From contig JAMWBK010000009.1 in the NCBI GenBank assembly GCA_029953675.1, forward strand, positions 744,001 through 808,000: a DNA stretch of 64,000 nucleotides. Direction: 5' to 3'. Shown here piece after piece: positions 61,062 to 64,000 of this stretch. The translations under genes and the position numbers were made by a program. Source of the stretch: Rhodosorus marinus CCMP1338 (lineage: Eukaryota; Plantae; Rhodophyta). Below the pieces are notes generated by a model. That model was not told the DNA's origin. It searched no databases and was given only the letters and a program-made list of their open reading frames with translations. The stretch's first letter is position 1, and each line of letters begins with the position of its first letter.

Positions 61062-63424
61062 TCATGGGTATCGCCGTAGCGGCATCTCGTCGTCCTCCAG
61101 ATCTTCTGAATCGCCGTCATAGTACTCATTGTCTTGGAGAGTGGAGTACCGCCTCGATCGTACCTGGTGGTGCATGGAAAAAAGAATATTCTCAGGTATG
61201 GGAGCTTATCTGGACTGCATACAGCGACACGCATTACCGCCTGAACGACGAGGGCAAGAAGGAGTAGACCACCAGCTGATGCCCCTGCGGGTACTGCGTA
61301 TCTGATCCACGACGGTCGACCGTCGCTAGATGAATCATCCTGATCCGTTTCATTCTCCTCTTCGCTACCTTCGGGGGGCGGCTTTTTATCATCATCTTCC
61401 CCCACATAGTCATAGTCATCATCCTGTGGCTCATCTAGGGCGTCACCATCTTGAGTCTCAAGCTCGTCCCAATCAATTCCTGCACCGTCGTCATCGAGTT
61501 TCTCTCCCGTGTCAAGAGAAACGTGAATTGTTTTCGACTGGAAAACGCTGGAACCCTGAACCTGTCGGTGCCGGAATTGATTTTCAGGTGAATGTTCCCA
61601 TCGGTCTGAAGCCGAAGTTGGAACCGCTGCATCAGGAGGACTTACACGCGAAAAATTGATCTCGTAAGACCAGTCAGGATCTGAACGAGAGCGTACGAAA
61701 TGGCTCTGAGGTTCGCCCGATGTGCTATTCTTGCCGAGATCCGAGTCCGTGTCAATCGAAACAGCCCGAAGATAAACGCTTCCGCTGGTGCGAACCTTTA
61801 TGCTTCTGGAGAACATGTGCATTTTCCCGGCATAGGGAAATGAGCCATTTCCAGCTTCCATGTGCGAAGTGAACTTGTACTTCTCCCCAGGGTACGTAGC
61901 TTCAATCTGAGCCAGATGAACGTTCGGGGTTAAGGCTGTGAAATATTCCAGCTCCGCTGTTTGCAAGTCAATCACGCCAGTGAACCTACCCTCGTTTTCG
62001 GGACCGTGAAGGCTCCACCAACATACCATGTGCAGGAGAGACTGTCGGAGTCTACCGTTACGTTGTTGAGAGCTACATACGGTTCCAGCGCATCAGCCGC
62101 TGCTATCAACAGCCTCAGGTTGCGAGGTACGTGTCCATCTCCTCTCCCGCCAGTCACGAGCGGCTCCTCATTCGTACCCAGTTTTTGTTCATCTGGGCGT
62201 TTCTCCATTCCAGTCTCAACCAAATACGATAGACACCTGTGAGATCCATCGCTGTAGTCTGTTCTCTCTAGGTCGTATCCACCAAGCGTTCGAGGGCTAC
62301 ATTTTATTCGATCATTCCAGGATGCTCCGTATCCCCAATCCTCCATTCCGCCGTTCACTGGATAAACCGTGGATCCCATATCACCCACTTTGTATTCAGA
62401 CTCGTAGTCACCTAGTCAAAAAAAAGGCGTCCGTTGAACATTGCGAAAACGCAAAGCGTTCAAGAGCGCGTCTCCACCGCGGGCAGATGCTTACCAGCCT
62501 TTCCAGCGTAGTCACGCATCCTATTCGCTAGCTTTACCATCGCGAGGTTGTCTGGCGCCAGCGTACATCGCCGAGACCTACAATGAGCTGTGTCGCCCCA
62601 TTCGTACCCGATCACGTTCGCTCCACCGTGGAACGTGATGAGGATCCGGTAAAAATGCGCGAGGAAGAGCTCGTTAATGGTCCTGCCGGCCACGGTTCTC
62701 ATGCACAAGTCAGGATCCTGATCGAAGGCAAAATCCCGATTCGGATCTAATTCCTGCTCTCCATCCGATTGACGTTCACCTTCAAGCGGAAAATAGATTC
62801 GAATCAGCTTAATACTGAAGGCGTCTCGTTCGGCTATGATGTTAGGTTGGCCTACCCCTCGTTTGCGTCTCGTACCCATAAGCGTTCGTTGTAGGGACGA
62901 TCGTGATTACTCGAGTGTCAACAAGACTGGTTATCTTTTCATCTTTCCCATAATTCGATAATAATAGGTCCATAAATTCAACTGCAACCTGCGGACCAAT
63001 TACTTCGTCCCCATGAACTTCACCACTCACAAGCATATGCGGACGGCCGCTGTCCTACAGACGCGCCGCCGAAAAAGACACATGGAGCTCAGCAGAGTAG
63101 CTACAGGAGAATCGAGCAAGACGGCGCTTGCGAGAGCAATCCTACCTTAAGTCTTGTATCCCAATTCGTTATCTCCACAATCCATATCTTACAATCCTCC
63201 TGAAGCCCCTGCTTGTTCGCACACTTCCCAACGGAGGGCAGATCGAATACCTCTTGGGCGCTGTCCAACTTCACCAGCCTCGGATACCGCTTTGCTGCAT
63301 TCTGCAAACTTTCCTGTATTTCACTGTAAGACAAATACTTGTAACCCCTAACCTCTGCCGAACACTTGCTCAATATACACACCAACCACAGACTCAGCAC
63401 GGTGGTCTTCCAAGCAGTTCCCAT
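61062..63424 (-). CDS. Type I membrane M14 zinc carboxypeptidase (carboxypeptidase D-like), multi-exon; last intron 61164-61237
   Basis: Signal peptide MGTAWKTTVLSLWLVCILSKCSA; GEVHGDE (HxxE); PTTNAYG; ITFHGG; GGMEDWGY; acidic linker; TM YAVPAGASAGGLLLLALVVQAV; cytosolic tail RSRRYSTLQDNEYYDGDSEDLEDDEMPLRRYP*. Confidence 0.92.
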
Positions 63425-63480
63425 CTCATAGTTCCCGCCACCAAACCAATTCAAAGCCAAACACAATGCTAGGCAAACAG

Positions 63481-63945
63481 CTATTCGATCGTAAAGCTCT
63501 TAGACGAGAGCTCTTCCTCCGGGTAAAGGAATGTTTCGTTGTCCTTGTCCTCACGCATGTTCTTCATCCCCTTCAGCCCGATCCAATGACCGCGTCTCGA
63601 TGAGTCACAATCACACCAGTGATTGCCATCAGCGCTTCCCGAAAACCCGCGCGGAGGGCTTCTTTGGGACGGCCTATTCCTATCTTGAAACGTGTGCTGT
63701 TCAGTCGAGGCTGCTCGTGGAACCAGAAGCATTTGGCTCATTGAATGCTCCGAGTTGCGCCTATAAGACCTCACCAAGGGTGCGGAAACTCTGGCTTTCC
63801 TGGTGTATCTCAACATGATACTTCGCTTGTCAGCGGACAGCTTAGCAAACGCGCATTCATTTTGCTTGTAGGAAGAGTTCTCAGCATCGCCCCTCGCTAC
63901 CGGGTCTTGAAGAATCTGGCTCAAAACTCGAGAACAAGTTCGCAT
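63481..63945 (-). CDS. Hypothetical protein or terminal exon of a gene extending beyond the window
   Basis: 154-codon ORF ending 57 bp upstream of the carboxypeptidase ATG; no recognisable motif. Confidence 0.3.
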   Translation of the reverse strand: MRTCSRVLSQILQDPVARGDAENSSYKQNECAFAKLSADKRSIMLRYTRKARVSAPLVRSYRRNSEHSMSQMLLVPRAASTEQHTFQDRNRPSQRSPPRGFSGSADGNHWCDCDSSRRGHWIGLKGMKNMREDKDNETFLYPEEELSSKSFTIE

Positions 63946-64000
63946 CCAGGATCAAACCAAGGTATATCTCGACTTCTTAAAATATTTCTGGCAAACATCA

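Overview
Gene-dense eukaryotic nuclear DNA with about 21 recognisable spliceosomal-intron genes. The canonical GT-AG introns I could resolve are mostly 74-137 nt, many with CTRAY branch motifs. Intergenic cores are AT-rich and 5' leaders are long and strand-skewed. An 'MSAFV' plastid-type transit peptide and the gene content suggest a unicellular red alga (inference). Genes in order: RPN12 (partial), C2H2 zinc-finger factor, Ssn6/Cyc8-like TPR protein, V-ATPase subunit a, Pol I subunit RPA34-like with a (KKE)n minisatellite tail, membrane-anchored flavoprotein fumarate reductase with a degenerate reductase-like C-terminal domain, double-hotdog acyl-CoA thioesterase, YJU2B/CCDC130, ER cyclophilin B, SEC13, PAM16, RUVBL1, SAPS/PP6R, SLC4 anion transporter, PDRG1-like prefoldin, plastid GPX, ARFRP1, a 1105-aa coiled-coil protein with a PACT-like motif, NOM1/SGD1, BRD7/9-like bromodomain protein and a type I membrane M14 carboxypeptidase. 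I found no tRNA, rRNA, CRISPR or intact transposon. The most notable signals are two 5-fold oversized introns in NOM1 (one with a degenerate ~37/73-bp GGCCAAA array, both with candidate stop-containing exons), the fumarate reductase architecture, and a possible pericentrin-type (PACT) MTOC scaffold. All calls come from manual translation and remembered family motifs; no database search was run.
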